Shown one piece after another: positions 13,396-27,889 of a DNA stretch of 64,000 nt. Source of the DNA: Psammoneis japonica (taxonomy: Eukaryota); assembly GCA_008632985.1 (NCBI GenBank), contig QPGO01000081.1, positions 1 to 64,000 of the forward strand, given 5' to 3'. The notes under the pieces are model-generated. The model saw nothing but the letters and a program-made list of their open reading frames with translations. It was not told the DNA's origin and ran no database searches. Within the stretch, counting starts at the first letter, position 1. Each line of letters starts with the position of its first letter. The translations under genes and the position numbers were made by a program.

Positions 13396-13785
13396 GACGC
13401 GTTCCAGCCCTGGTTGGGACTCCGTGTGACATTCGGCCCGCAGAATTCTACGTGCGAGCTCCGCAGTGCGAGAATTTAATTAACGGACATGTTTGTCTTC
13501 AACATCAAATGAACGGCCAAGTTTGTGGTGCAATTGTGCCACTCAACACTCGACGTTTTTGCAAAAGCACCTGCCCTGCGCGATTCTTAAGACATCATAG
13601 AATCGCGCTGTAACAAAAAATGTCAAAAGTTGCTGGACGGATCGCTCAACAAGTGTGCCGTAAAATGACACAAAATGTCGCAAAAATCATGCAGAAATCT
13701 ACGTGCGCGACATACAACGCGATTCAAAAAACTGTCGATGTCACAGTTCAGCAGTGCGAGGTCCCACCTAGACCTGGAACGCGTC
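13396..13785. mobile_element. MITE
   Basis: TIR gacgcgttccag / ctggaacgcgtc; TSD TCCT; empty site near 32420. Confidence 0.95.
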
Positions 13786-14840
13786 TCCTAACAGTCGGGC
13801 TCTTCCGTGCGAACGCGGAGAGCGCCGTGTCGCATCTTGGAGAGGTGCCCACAGACGCGTTTGGCGCAATCCAAGTGGCCTTGATGGGGTGCAGCTCGGA
13901 AGCTAGAGAGTGACATGACGGCCGTGGCAATGTCAATTCGATCAAGAGACACTGCCCATTGGAGGGAACCAACAAGAGACTGGAACTGTTGAATGCCGTC
14001 AGGCCCCAGCAGTTTGGAAGTGTCCAGTTCGGGGTGGTCACCCTTCTCCAGAGGGGACAGGGCGTTGGTGGTGGGTTTCTCCCCAAACAGTTGTGTGCAG
14101 CTGTCGACCATGCGTTCGATGCACTTGCGCGGAGACAGGCACAAGGTGCCATCAGGATCCCGGGAAAAGTCGCAGCCCAGATGGAACTCAATCGGTCCCG
14201 CACCCTTGAGCTTGAACTTGTGCTTTTCCGTGAGGGCATCGACAAAAGATTGAGGGTCCTTCATGGCAATGGCGAGGTCATCCACATGAACGGCAACACA
14301 TTCGCAGCAGTCACCATTCCTGCGCATCCAAATGTCGGGTTCGGCGCAGCAGGGGAAGAACCCTTCAGCTGGCAGGCAGTCGGCGAAGCGCTCGTGCCAG
14401 CGGAGGCCGGAGCTGCGCAGTCCATGCAGGGCCTTGTGGATGACAAGAATGTGGCCTTCGAGTTTGCCAAATTCGGGTCCAGCTGCAATGCACAGCTTCT
14501 CCTTGGTGGTGGCTTCAAGGCAGGCATTGCCAATGTCGGTGGCCCATGTCTCCAACTCGTTGAGTTTGGCCAGGAAAATCATCAGACGAAGGCCACGAAG
14601 GGAGACTGCTCCGGAGTGGACACTGTCGACAGGTGCGTCCATGAGGTGTCCATCGGCTGCGAGTCATGCCTTGTGGTGGCCGTCATGTTTCACGTCGCAC
14701 ACCAGGTGCACTCGGATCTTCTTGTGTCCCGCAGGAGGAGTGGAAGACTTGGAGGGCCCGCAGTCATGGAAGACTTCGCATTCATCGAGTTGGTCCATCT
14801 TGAGATTAGTTGCGTCTCCCCATTTGCGGTTGCCGTTGTG

Positions 14841-15231
14841 GACGCGTTCCAGGTCTAGGTGGGACCTCGCACTGCTGAACTGTGACATCGAGCGTGTTTT
14901 TTGAATCTCGTCGTGTGTCGCGCACGTAGAATTCTACGTGATTTTTTGACATTTTGTGTCATTTTGCGGTGCACTTGTTGAGCGATCCGTCCAAAAACTT
15001 TTGACATTTTGTGCCACAGCGCAATTCTACAATGTCTTAAGAATCACGCATGGCAGGTGCATTTGCAAAAACGTCGAGTGGCAAGAGGCTTAATTGTGCC
15101 ACAAACTTGGCAGTTTATTTGATGTTGAAGACAAATGCATCCATTGATTAAATTCTCGCACTGCGGAGCTCGCACGTAGAATTCTGCGGGCCCAATGTCA
15201 CACGGAGTCCCACCTGGGGCTGGAACGCGTC
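14841..15231. mobile_element. MITE
   Basis: Same TIRs; TSD TGTG. Confidence 0.95.
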
Positions 15232-15690
15232 TGTGTTCGTCTGGGGACATGGCGTGTTTGCAGTTCCGGGGAACTTTGCATCTGTGCTTGCAGCAAGGTG
15301 CAGTGCGGAAGGAGCGAAGCTTGGCTTGGTTGGCCATGCGGAACAGCTTCTTCTGGCACCTTGCGATGGTGCGGAACCGCTTCCAGCCATCAGTGTCGAG
15401 AAGTCTGTTCTCTCGTGCATGGATGGCACAGGTGACAGGGTCGTCCTTGGCGATGATGGCAAGAGGCTCAGACGTGATCTCCCCACTTTCCCATTCAAGC
15501 ACAATGTTGCAGCTTGAGCCTTTCCAGGTTGGGTCATGGGGCTTCAGAGGTCCTTCGTGTGACACAACACGTCGAAATTTCCACACAGCAGTGTCTTCGT
15601 CTTCTTGCTCAATGTGATTCATGATGTCGTTGCAGGCCAGGACTTCCTCGCATTCGTCATTGTTGACAGAGCAGACAAACTCAGTGAGCT

Positions 15691-16079
15691 GACGCGTTCC
15701 AGGTCTAGGTGGGACCTTGCACCACTGAACTGTGACATTGACAGTTTTTTGAATCGCGTCGCATGTCGCGCACGTACATTTCTGCGTGATTTTGGCAAAA
15801 TTTTGCATCATTTTGCAGTGCAATTGTCAGGCGATCCATTCAACAACTTTTAACATTTTTTTCTTCTACGCCATTCTCGAGTGTCTTAAGAATGGCGCAG
15901 GGCAGGCGCATTGTCAAAAACATCGAGTACGAACAGAGATGTGTGTGCTGCAAACTTGGCCGTTTATTTTATGTCGAAGACAAACACATCCATTGACCAG
16001 AGTACGAACTGCAGAGCTTGCACGTAGAATTCTGCGGGGCAAATGTCACAAAAAGTCCCACCTGGGACTGGAACCCGTC
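15691..16079. mobile_element. MITE
   Basis: Same TIRs; TSD AGCT. Confidence 0.95.
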
Positions 16080-17545
16080 AGCTCAGGGTTGCCGTTCACT
16101 TTCCATTTGTGATCTTCGATGGCCTTGACGATGCGAGCTCTGTGGCATTGTCCGTCCTCTTGTGGCTGCATGAGGAAGGTGCGTCCGATGATGTCTTGCG
16201 GGTCGAAAACTGGCATCTTGGGTGTCCTGATCTCCCCATCAGGTGAATCGACGGGGTTGTCTTCGTGGCGAGATTTGATGATGGGTTCAGGTGGCTCCCC
16301 ATCAGGAGGATCAAGACGCAGGTTTCGAACAGCAGGATCGGTGGCAGCGGAACGTACATTGGACCGGCAGAGGATCTTCTGAGTCTCGTCAGAGAGAATC
16401 TTGAAGGTCATCTGGTGGCCGACGTGCTCAGCAATCCCAACAAAACGTCCACGCAACTCACGGGATTCGGACGGCCAATCGGAGTCATCGAGGTGGAAGT
16501 GCACGGGTTCCCACCAGTGAAAGCCAAGCAATGGGCTGATGTCCGGGGTGGAGCCAGTGAGAGTCTCGAGGGGCGTGCGCCAGTGGAGACGTGGGGACGC
16601 TGTGTGGTTGAGTGTGAAGCACACATGCATGAGCGCCAGCAGCCATGTGTGGGCAGGCGAACCGAAACGGTCCATGACAGTGTTTGCCATGCGCTTCACG
16701 GTCTGGTGTCAACATTCGGCAAAGTTTTGGTGTTGCTGGAGACAAACAGGGCTCGTAGAATCCTGAGCACCTTGTTGCTGATCTCAACTTGAGCACGGTC
16801 GCCAATGAGCTTGGATGGAGCACCATGCTCACGGATCTGATCCTCGAGTGTGTTGACAAACTCTTTGTCCGTTTTGGTGCCGCAGACGTCAGTGACAGCA
16901 GACTCGGTGCCAACAAACAGTTGGGCGCTGGTGCAACCAGAGTCGACAGCCGGGGCATCGGCACATGCAGTGTCAGTGGCGACAGGCTCGTTGCGGCGGT
17001 GCACATCAAGGGCGGGGTTGGGCGATTTGCAGGCCTTCTTAAGGTGTGCACCGGCGGGCATGCGGGCGCACTGCGCATTGCAGTCGAAAGCATGACGAAC
17101 CGCATCGGTGGGTTGGAAACCAAAGCAGGGCCGAAGAGACTCGCAGGGGGGGTCCTTGGGCTGCACATTGCGCTCCGGGGGTGGAACGTCGTCGTCCTTG
17201 GGGTCAATTGCGTGCAGATGACACTCGCAGATCAGGTCGTCATTCGGAATGAGGTGGTCATCGAGGGCGGACGCGTGATCGGCAGACAAGGAGGCGGACA
17301 TGATGGCCTTGTTGACAACGACACGGTGATGGTGGTTGCCGCATTCATCAAATGGGTTGGCAGTGGGATCGTCCTGTGGGTCAGAGATCGCGTCGTGCCA
17401 CTGGTCGTCATCAGTGACAGAGTGATCGAGGACGGAAGGATCCCATGTGTCATCACCGGCAAGGATGACATGTGGCAGGGTGTCCCATTCGGCGTCAGTG
17501 TGGGGTTGCATGGCAACACAAGGCAGACCACCCTTGATGTCAATT

Positions 17546-17934
17546 GATGGGTTCCAGTCCCAGGTGGGACTTTTTGTGACATTTGCCCCGCAGAATTCTA
17601 CGTGCGAGCTCTGCAGTTCGTACTCTGGTCAATGGACATGTTTGTCTTCGACATAAAACAAACGGCCAAGTTTGCAGTGCATGCATCTCTGTTCATGCTC
17701 AAAGTTTTGGACAATGCGCCTGCCCCACGCCATTCTTAAGACACTCGAGAATGGTGTAGAAGAAAAAAACATTAAAAGTTGTTGAATGGATCGCCTGACA
17801 ATTGCACCATAAAATGACACAAAATTTCGCCAAAATCATGTAGAAATGCACGTGCGCGACATGCGACGCGATTCAAAAAACTGTCGATGTCACGGTTCAG
17901 CAGTGCAAGGTCCCACCCAGACCTGGAACACGTC
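17546..17934. mobile_element. MITE
   Basis: Same TIRs; TSD AATT; empty site cccAATTgac near 29434. Confidence 0.95.
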
Positions 17935-20900
17935 AATTGGGATGACACAGCCATCAGGGGTGGCGACACATTGCAAGCCATTGGGCACCTTGACAGAGCG
18001 ATCGTTGACATCATGTTTGCACCATTCGAGCTGGCCGCAGGAATGAATGGTCTTGCCTTTTCCCGTGCATGCATGCTGATGGAGGATGGCGATGACGGGA
18101 CCACGCTGTGTCTCAATGACAGCGCCAGCGGTGACAATGGGGATGTCCACCAATTGATGGTCGTCAATGCCCTGAACATCGACTTGGCAAGAGGTGCGTG
18201 CAATGACGCGAACGTCGTCGCCAGCAATGCCGCCGTTGGCTCCACGATTGACTGGAGCACCAGTGCGTGTGGAGCAATGAGCGGAGGCAGAGCAAATGAC
18301 ATTGTGGTTGTTGATGCAGCGGTGAGTGCGGCCGTTGAGTTCCATGTCATCTGGAGCAGCAGGCGAGGTGGAGGGAGCGGCGGATGGGCCCGGTCAACTG
18401 GCATTGGGGGCTTGGTTGGGAGACAACAGGTGTTGCAGATCACCGGGTGGCAGTGGCGTGCGCTTGGTGAGGTGCGCCAGAATGGGATCATCTGAAGTGG
18501 CACCCACATTTGGAGCGGGGTCACCAGAGTCAGCAGGAGTCGTGTTGGACAAGTTGACATCACCATCGCTCCCAAGTCATTGGTCGTGAAGGTTGACCGC
18601 AACGGACTCATGGCAGTTGCTGGCTCGCGGGTTTGCGGGGAGGCGGACGAGAATGCTCAAGGATGATCGCCTTGGAGGAATGGGGCAACAAATCCCAAAT
18701 CCGTTGGTGGTCGGGAGGGAGACGTTTCCATTGGTCACGGGTGAGGCTGGGACCGCGGGTGCAGGCAGCGTTGGCCTGAAGGACGTCAATGTCGCTGTCG
18801 ATGTCACAGAACACATCATCGGATGGTTCCTCGGAGCAGACGTCATGTGCGTGTGTGGCGCGTCGGGGAGCTGAGGTTCGTCTTGGGTTGTAACGTGCTG
18901 TCACATTGAGCCGCGGAGAGGAGCAAGCCACAACATTGATCACATGTGAGGCTCTTGCCACTCTGCGTGCGATGCTGATCAGCTTGGTTCTTGACGGCGC
19001 GGAGTTCCTCGACGGATGTGCGGCATTCTCGAGCATGATGCGCTTCTGTCCTTCAGAGAAGTGGTCACTGGCCGTGATGAGTGCCTTGCACTTGCACAAC
19101 GGATCCTGCCAATGAAGGATGAACCCGTGGGTTGGACCTTTCCAAGTGCCATCACCAAGACGTGCGGTGGTGAGGTGCGTGAGCAAGGTGGAGGACTCGA
19201 CAGATGCACGGGTGGAGGCAAGCGCACACTCGGACAAGGCACGGCAGACGGTCTGGGCATCAGAAGACCCCACATTTTCGCAAATGAGAGCCTTGCCCTT
19301 GTCGGTGAGAAGGATGCGTTCGAAGACGGCGAACATGTGCTTTTGCTGTTCAGCAAAGAGCAGTTTGTCTTCGGGGCTGGTCGGTTTGTACGACGAGTCT
19401 AGAATGCACTCGACGTCTTGGGCATGGGCTTGTGCCACAAGTGAGGTGTGCCAAGTGTGCCACTGCTTGTCGGATTTGAGAGCCGTGAAAGCAGTGGGGT
19501 CACGCTTGACACCTCGCTTGAAGTCTCGCACCCGGTCGCGTGCCTTGGTCGGGTTGGTGACATGCGGAGGTGCGAGAGGCGGATCTGCCAACAGACACAG
19601 ACGACATGCAGTCGGGGCTGAGGCGGCAGGCAAGGAACTCCTCATGCGTGAACAACAAGGAGTCATTGGCAACATCAAGACCTTCATGTGCTTTGACAAT
19701 GTACAGACTGACTAGAGCTGCTAACATGTTCTTATGACCGCGGGGCAATGGGACCACATTGGTGCCGTCATCGCACTCGAGCGAGTCGATTTGGGACGGT
19801 GTGAACATGAACAGTTCTTGATGCGAGTCCGTGCCGTCATGGGTCAAAGCCAAACAAAGAGGGCTTCCAGCACCTTGGACAAGCACGGTTCCAACAACGT
19901 GCTCGAAACCATCGGTTTGTTGCTGACGAGTGAGAACCATGGCAGACAAAAGCGGTGTCAGGACAGGCGATTCTTGTTGGGACGCGAAGGCAGACTTGAA
20001 ACTTGGGTGACAATGGACTTGACTTGAAACAGACTTGACTTGAAATCTTGAACTGTCTTAAAATCAGAAGTCGCCGGGTTGTGTTGTCCCATTCGTTGTT
20101 GAGTGCCAAACTTCCCCGGTCGCAGAGTTGTGCCGGCACGTCCGAACCCGCAGCTGGCGGTGCTTTGGGTTGCTTGCGAGTGGAGCAGCGGGTTGTAAAC
20201 CCCTGCAGGCAAGCTGACTGGAGGTGGACAAGATCCCCGAACCGTTCTCATTTTACATTGGTTGGATTTCCCGATCAGGCAGGCCAGTTGACGCAGGTGT
20301 TGGGCGCTGTGGACGAACGAACAAACGTGGGAAAAACACCCTCGCCCCAACGTGGGCTGCAATCACGGCTGCTTTCTCTCACAGTCATCCTCGTGGACCT
20401 GGTGGAACTGTGGAGCACCAGCAGTCCGGGGCAGACAAGGTGCAACAGACTCGGCGTGCTTGTAGAGTGGCAGCAAAGCCGCAGTCCAAAGAGTGGGTTC
20501 AAGTCCTTGGCCATGGCAGATCAGGTGCAATGGACTCGGCGTGCTTGTAGAGTGGCAGCTGAGCCGCAGTCCAAAGAGTGGGTTCAAGTCCTTGGCCGTG
20601 AAGATGTGTGTGCACATGTCTTCAGCGACAAAGATCCTTGGATGTGCAGTGTTCTTGACCGTTGACCGATGAGCGGGCATGTCAAGGGATGAAGATCAAG
20701 GACAGACTTGGGTGTGACCGTTGAATGCATGTCTTCAGTGACAAAAGGCAGTGTGATCAATCCAGATGTCCAGCGGTGAGGAGACTTGACATTGACGTTA
20801 AATTCCTGCCGATGCCTGGCATTGAATGCGTGCAGACTTGCCGATGTGCGCAGGATGCATGCGGAGGTCCACGCAGAATTAAAACAGCATCGTCGGTAAA

Positions 20901-23818
20901 TCAACAACGATGATGGCGGTTGCTCAATGGGTTGACAATGAGCAAGACTGTTGATCTGACAGAAATTGAAGGCAAACGGCAAGAATTCAAACAACAACTC
21001 CTCACTGCTGTCTAAACAGCAGATGAGTCTCCGCTCAGAGACCATTGCAGGAGCCAAAGGACGTGCAAGTCGGTGTGATGGGCCACTGTTGTTGTTCTTG
21101 TGAGCCTTGTGGCTCGAAAGCAAACTGCATCGCGCGCGTGTGCGTGGAACTAAAGCACACAAAACTGTGCGCGGTGAACTGAACAGCGCGCGACATTTCG
21201 CGTGCACCCAAATCCTGTTCAAATCCTGTCAGTCAATGATGTGTGTCAAGTGTGAAGGAGGAGACACATTCGTAAAATTGCCTCTTTTTCTGTTGGCGAT
21301 CATTCACATTTTCATTGCAGCGCAAATTTGCTGCGGAGCTTGCACGCAGAAATCTACAGGCCCAATGTCACACGGAGTCCCACCTGGGACTGGAACCCGT
21401 CAGCCTTTGCCGCCTGTCTCACGCACTGTGGATGCAATGCACAGACACGTGCCTGCATGGCCGGTCAAGGCTTTCCTGCTGTTGAGGACCTGGAACAGGT
21501 CCCTTTGGCTGAAATCACCACCATGACCAAGGGTGTCATGAAGGGCATGGATGCCGCTGCCAACCCTCAAGTCCGTTTCCCACACCTGGCGAATCGCAAG
21601 TTCAAGGCTCTGCGTGCGTGGGTTGACTGCCGCAGAGCCTAAAACCAAGCCAATCACAGTCGTGATGGTCGCACTGCCTTCTTTGCTCTTGAGAGGCAAG
21701 CTGAAGGATTGGTTGCCGCCAACACCTGCAAGAACCATGCTCCTGCACAGATTGCCACCGCAAAGCACACCGGACGGGGTCGTTTTTCATTTGATCAGCA
21801 CATTCAATGCCATCAGAAAGCCCACAATGACTTGTTGGAGCTGGACGAGCCGGTGGCCGAGACCAAGAAGGTCTCTGATTTCCTCAAAGGTGTCTCCAAC
21901 CCAAAGTTGGAGACTGGAAAGAGTGCAATGGAGGGAGATGCAGCCAAACTCACAGATTTGAAGCATGCCAGCAGCACATGAAAACTTTGGTCGAAAATGC
22001 TAAGAACCGCAATGCTGACACCCGCGGTGTTGCATCAGTCCAATGCCGCAACAACCGGCGTGGATGCCCCGGTGGCAAGCACCAACCTGAGAAGGACAAG
22101 CCCAGGATTCGGGCAGGCCATTGTCCCATTGATGATTGGAACGCTCTTGATGACCCGGAAAAGGAGCAAGTCAAGAAACTCCGTGAAGCAAAACAAGCCG
22201 CAGCGCCCACAAGAAACCTCAGAAGGAGGAATGAACAGTTGTGCCAGCACTGAAAGGTGTGGAACCAACTGTTCCTGCACCTGCTGGCACCATGCATTTA
22301 ACTGGACAATTCCTGAATGACACGCACGTCTCCTTGTCATCTGCTGGACATGCAGATGGCAAAGCAACCAATGGCTTGGACTCGCATGCCGACACGTGTG
22401 CCGTCAGGTCCAACTTCATTGTGCACTCTGATGTTGACCGCACTGTTGCAGCACATCCTCTCTCCAAAGAGCACGAACCACTGAAAAACATTCCTGTTTG
22501 CATGGCTGCTGCCGTGTGGGTTGATCCAACCAATGGACAACCGCATCCATCACTGGTCCACGAGGCTGTGTTTTTTGGGGACAGAATGACAAACACTCTG
22601 CTGTGCCCCAACCAACTGCGAGCAAACGGACTGACTGTCCATGACCCTCCTTGCCAGTTTGATCCAAACAACACACTCTCTGTTGCTTTCCCTGACTTGA
22701 AGATCAGGATGCCTTTGCACGTGCAAGGTGTTGCTTTGGTCTTTGACTCGCACAAGCCGACTCAGGAGGATCTGGAGAACCTTCCCCGGCTGGAACTCAC
22801 ATTGCCCCTGAAGTGGGAACCTTCTGCTGATGCCATGGTGCAAAAGGAGGAGGAGTGTGCATGTGCCAGTGTGCGCCAAGGATCAAGGAAGTCTGATGGA
22901 CAGGCAATGGTGATGAACGCGACCAGGTGTGTTGCTTCAATTCACTTGCACCAAACGTCTCACCACGACGAGAATGTCATTGTGGATGCTGATGATGATG
23001 ACTCTCTGCATCACTGCTTGGTTGCCCAGGTTAATGTCTCCCACAATGACATCAAGGGAGACGGGCCACATGACCGGCATGACCCAGAGGTCCATCCGGA
23101 TTGTGCTGAGCGGAAACGGGCACATGCACTGTTGACCTCGAGTTGTGCATCGACTGTCACACCCGAGACACTGTCCAAGAGGTGGAACATTGGTCTGATG
23201 GCCACTGAGAACACACTCAGAGTTACAACCCAGGCAGGGGTCCGCAATGTCTGCACACCATCCGAACGGAAAGTCCAGAAGAAAGCCCCATGGCTTGAGT
23301 TCCCTGCTGTCAAGGGACTGTTCCACTCTGACCAAATGTTTTCCAAGGTTAAATCGACACATGGCGAGATGGGAGGAAGTGCATTTGCCAACAGAAAAGA
23401 GGGTGTGACAGGTTCTGTCCTTGGAAGAGGACACAGGACCACCCTGATGCTGTCATGTCATTCATGCATGATGTTGGCGCACCTCAAGTTCTTGTGTTGG
23501 ATGGTGCACTGGAAATGGCGGAAGGCCGGACCAAGGACATTTGCAAGGAGAGCACAGGATGCACCAGGAAGTGTCCACCCCGCACAACCTGTGGCAGAAC
23601 CCAGCCAAGGCATCCATTTGTGAGTTGAACAAAAGGGTCCGAGTGACTCTGTGCCAGACTGGTGCTCACAGGCAACCATGGTCCCATGGTGCCAAGTGGA
23701 CATGTGACATCTGGCACATGATTGCGAACAGCACATCGGACGTGGGAGGATGAGTTCCAGAGGAGGAGGTGAAAGGTTCAACACCTGACATCTCATCTCT
23801 CTCTTTGATTGGCATCAA

Positions 23819-24208
23819 GATGCGTTCCAGCCCCAGGTGGGACTCCGTGTGACATTGGGCCCACAGAATTCTACGTGCGAGCTCCGCAGTGCGAGAATTT
23901 AATCAATGCATGTGTTTGTCTTCAACATCAAATGAACGGCCAAGTTTGTGGTGCAATTGTGCCTCTTGCCACTCGACGTTTTTGCAAATGCACCTGCCCT
24001 GTGCGATTCTTAAGACATTGTAGAATCGCGCTGTAACAAAAAATGTCAAAAGTTGTTGGACAGATCGCTCAACAAGTGCACCGTAAAATGACACAAAACA
24101 TCGAAAAAATCACGTAGAAATCTACGTGCGCGACATGCGACGTGATTCAAAAAACTGTCGATGTCACAGTTCAGTGGTGCGAGGTCCCACCTGGACCTGG
24201 AATGCGTC
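23819..24208. mobile_element. MITE
   Basis: Same TIRs; TSD TCAA. Confidence 0.95.
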
Positions 24209-26706
24209 TCAACCTGTTCACTGCTGCACGCCTGTGGCAGAGTTCCCACATGAAAAGAAGTGCATCGGAGTTGGCTTGGAGCAGCCGACAATTGCACTGA
24301 TGACATGGCATTTGTCATTCTGCCTGAACCAGGCAAACCCATCATTCGGAAGGATGCACGGGCCATGCCGGAGGATGATCTTAAAACCTTGGTGATCCAG
24401 ATGGATCTTGCATCAGCCAATCAAGCTCTGGTTGAGCGACTCACCATCCTGGAACAGGAGACAAAGGCTGACTTCCCTGAACTCCCTGATGACTTCATGG
24501 ATGAGTGGGACAATGCTGTTGAACCCGTGGAACCTGACGCTTCCAAGCCCAAGGCTGATGAGTGCACCCTGGAGGGGCTTGACGAGCACCTCACAGCTCA
24601 AGTTGTGCTGCTGCGTGGAGACGAATTGACCCATGCTGGGGTCATTGCGTGGAAGCGGGGTGGCAATGGGGTTCCCATTGGTGCTGGGAACAACAACCCT
24701 GTCCTTGATTTTCTGGGACATGTGACGTGGAGTTCCCGGACGGATCCACTGACTCCCATGCTGCTGCCAATGTAATTGCGGAGGACCCATTTGCCCAGAC
24801 AGATTCTGAAGGCAATGCCTGCCAGATCTTGAAGGAAATGGTCAATCACCAAAGTGATGCTCGTGCCGTTGGGGCTGATGACGGGCGCACAATGACTGAG
24901 ATTGGCAGGCGTGCTCCTCGGATGACAACCGCAGGCATCCTGGGGCCCCCTCAAGGATTTGAAGGAATCCAATCCAGTCAAGGTTGCTGAGTGTGCTGTG
25001 GCAAATGAGGAAGCCAGTGAACCAGCTTTTAACTGGTGGGTCCGTGACATCTTGCGTCGCAGGTTGACAGGATTTGAACAGGATTCAGGTGCGAGCGAAA
25101 TGTCGCGCGCTGTTCAGTTTACCGCGCACAGTTTTGTGTGCTTTAGTTCCGCGTGCACGCGCACGATGCAGTTTGCTTTCGAGCCACAAGGCTCACATGA
25201 ACAACAACAGCAGCCCGATTGCACCGACTTGCACGTCTTTCGGCTCCTGTGACGGTCTCTGAGCGGAGACTCATCTGCTGTGCAGACAGCAGCAAGGAGT
25301 TGTTGTTTGAATTCTTGCCACTTGCCTTCAACTTCTGTCAGATCAACAGTCTTGCTCATTGTCAACCCATTGAGCAACCGCCATCGTCGTCGTTGATTTA
25401 CCGACGACGCTGTTTCAATTCTGCGTGGACCTCCGCATGTGTTCTACGCACATTGGCAAGTCCACGCGCAATCAATGCCAGGCATCGGCAGGAATTTAAC
25501 GTCACCGTCAAGTGTCTGGATTGATTGCACTGCCTTTTGCCGCTGAAGACATGCACTCAACGGTTGCATCCAAGTCTGTCCTTGATCCTCATCCCTTGAC
25601 ATGCCCATTCAACGGTTGACGGTCAAGAACCCCACACATTCAAGGATCTTTGTCGCTGAAGACATGTGCACACACATCTTCACGGCCAAGGACTTGAACC
25701 CACTCTTTGGACTGTGGCTTGGCTGCCACTCTACAAGCACGCCGAGTCCATTGCACCTGATCTGCCCCGGACTGCTGGTGCTCCACAGTTCTGCCAGGTC
25801 CACGAGGACGACTGTGAGAGCAAGCAGCCATGATTGCAGCCTGCGTTGGGGCGAGGGTGTTTTCCCGCGTTTGTTCGTTCGTCCACAGTGCCTGACGCCT
25901 GCGTCAACTGGCCAGCCTGATCGGGAAATCCAACAGATGCAAAATGAGAATGGTTCGGGGGTCTTGTCCACCTCCAGTCAGCTCACCTGCAGGGGTTTAC
26001 AACCCGCTGCTCTGCTCGCAAGCAACCCAAAGCGCTGCTGGCTGCGGGTTCAGACGTGCCGGCACAACTCTACGGACCGGATGGGAAGTTTCGCACTTGA
26101 CAACGAACGGGATGCCACAGCCTGGTGACTTCTGATTTTAAGACAGTTCATGACCTCAAGTCAAGTCCATTTCAAGTCAAGTCCATTTTCACTCAAGTTT
26201 CAAGTCCACCTCCACGTCCCAACAAGAATCGCTTGCTGACAGGATTTGAACAGGATTTGGGTGCGCGCGAAATGTCACGCGCTGTTTGGTTTACCGTGCA
26301 CAGTTTTGTGTGTTTCAGTTCCGCGCGTTCGCGCGTGATGCAGTTTGCTTTCGAGCCACAAGGCTCACAAGAACAACAACAGCAGCCCAATCACACCGAC
26401 TTGCACGTCTTTCAGCTCCTGCAATGGTCTCTGAGTGGAGACTCATCTGCTGTTTAGACAGCAGCAAGGAGTTGTTGTTTGAATTCTTGCCATTTTCCTT
26501 CAATTTCTGTCAGATTGACAGTCTTGCTCATTGTCAACCCATTGAGCAACCGCCATCGTCGTCGTTGATTCACCGACGACGCTGTTTCAGTTCTGCGTGG
26601 ACCTCCGCATGTGTTCTACATACATCGGCAAGTCTGTGCGCGTTCAACACCAGGCATCGGCAGGAATTTAACGTCACCGTCAAGTCTCCTCACCGCTGGA
26701 CATCTT

Positions 26707-27889
26707 GAAAGAACTTTGGAGTCAAAGCACCCAAAACATGAGGAGACAAGAAAGGATCAAGATCCTGGAGCAACGTTGCATTCTCCAAGTGGGTCATCTT
26801 GAGATGAGCTGCGCCTCCCCAATTGCAGATGCCGTTGTGCTTTTCAAAGCTCAAGGCACACTTGGGATCTTGTGGGATTCCACATCCGCACTTGCAATGG
26901 AAGGAGCAAAGCTTGGTCTGGTTGACAATGTTGAACGGCGGGGCAACATTGCAGGACAATGCAAACAAGTTGACATCGCCTTCACTTCCTGAGCGAAGGT
27001 CGTAAAGACTGACAGCCGTCTGTTGGTTCTTGGAACGGTTGCCACACTGGGCTGCTGCTGGAAAAACAGAGCAGCGCTCAAGCAGGGTGGCATGGCGTTT
27101 GCACGACTCGGGGAACAGAGCAAGCATGAGTTCAAAGGCACAAGCGGTGGCCTTGTGTTCCACCAATCCGATTGCAAGCTCAGCTGCATCTCATGAGAGA
27201 CTGATCCAATTGGAGAAACGAGTCTCAAGGTGCAAGCCTTCGGGGATCGGATTGGAGCAAGACATCTTGCGGTGCAAGACTGCAGATGTCTGATTGGGGC
27301 AACCAGTCCCGTGCTGCAAGACTTCTGGGATCCAAAAGGACTTGCCAGTCTTGTGACACGAGTCTTTGGGGGTCCAATCAGGAGGCCAAGTCTTGAGGTG
27401 CGAGACTTGGGGGATCCAATCAGGAGGCCGAGTCTCGTGGCGCAAGACTTGAGGGATCCAATCAGGAGGCCGAGTCTCGTGGCGCAAGACTTGAGGGATC
27501 CAATCCGGAGGCCGAGTCTTGAGGTACGAGACGTGGAGGATCCAATTGGGAGGCCCGGTCTCGAGGCACGAGACGTGGAGAGTCCAGTTGGGAGGCCTGG
27601 TCTCAAGGCACGAGACTTGGGGCATCCAATCAGGAGGCCCAATCTCGATGCACGAGACTTGAGGCATCCAATCAGGAGGCCCAGTCTCGAGGTGCGAGAC
27701 TTGAGGCATCCAATCAGGAGGCCTAGTCTCAACGTGCGGCATCCGATCAGGAGGCCTGGTCTCGAGGCACGAGACTTGAGGCATCCAATCAGGAGGCCCA
27801 GTCTCGATGTACGACACTTGAGGCATCCGATCAGGAGGCCCAGTCTCGAGGCACAAGACTTGAGGCATCCAATCAGGAGGCCCAGTCTC
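26707..27889 (-). pseudogene. Foreign gene fragment with 14-aa repeats replacing the leader/gag 5' end of A2
   Basis: ORFs 27191-27919 and 26690-27166 are in the same frame, separated by one TGA; the segment is absent from A1. Confidence 0.5.

Larger units (their letters stand above)
11881..21231 (-). mobile_element. Near full-length degenerate Ty1/copia (family A, copy A1)
   Basis: LTRs 20957-21231 and 11881-12155 (TGACAGG..TTCTGTCA); TSD GTCAA; PPT aactggggag; gag-PR-IN-RT(HVDD)-RNaseH(NPADILSK) order. Confidence 0.95.
11649..21401. mobile_element. MITE split by a copia insertion (halves 11649-11880 and 21232-21401)
   Basis: TIRs at both ends; TSD AGCC (11645-48 / 21402-05); the halves join to match the 1576 MITE. 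Confidence 0.9.

Noticed and set aside
13788..14642. Alternative genetic code, DGR or ADAR/RT editing as the cause of Tyr->Cys/His
   Set aside because: Neighbouring genes use Tyr normally. Changes are transitions on both strands, differ between copies, and also affect non-coding DNA and DNA transposons.
26850..26910. Sel1-like repeat (GIPQDPK.AL)
   Set aside because: Single weak motif in degraded sequence.
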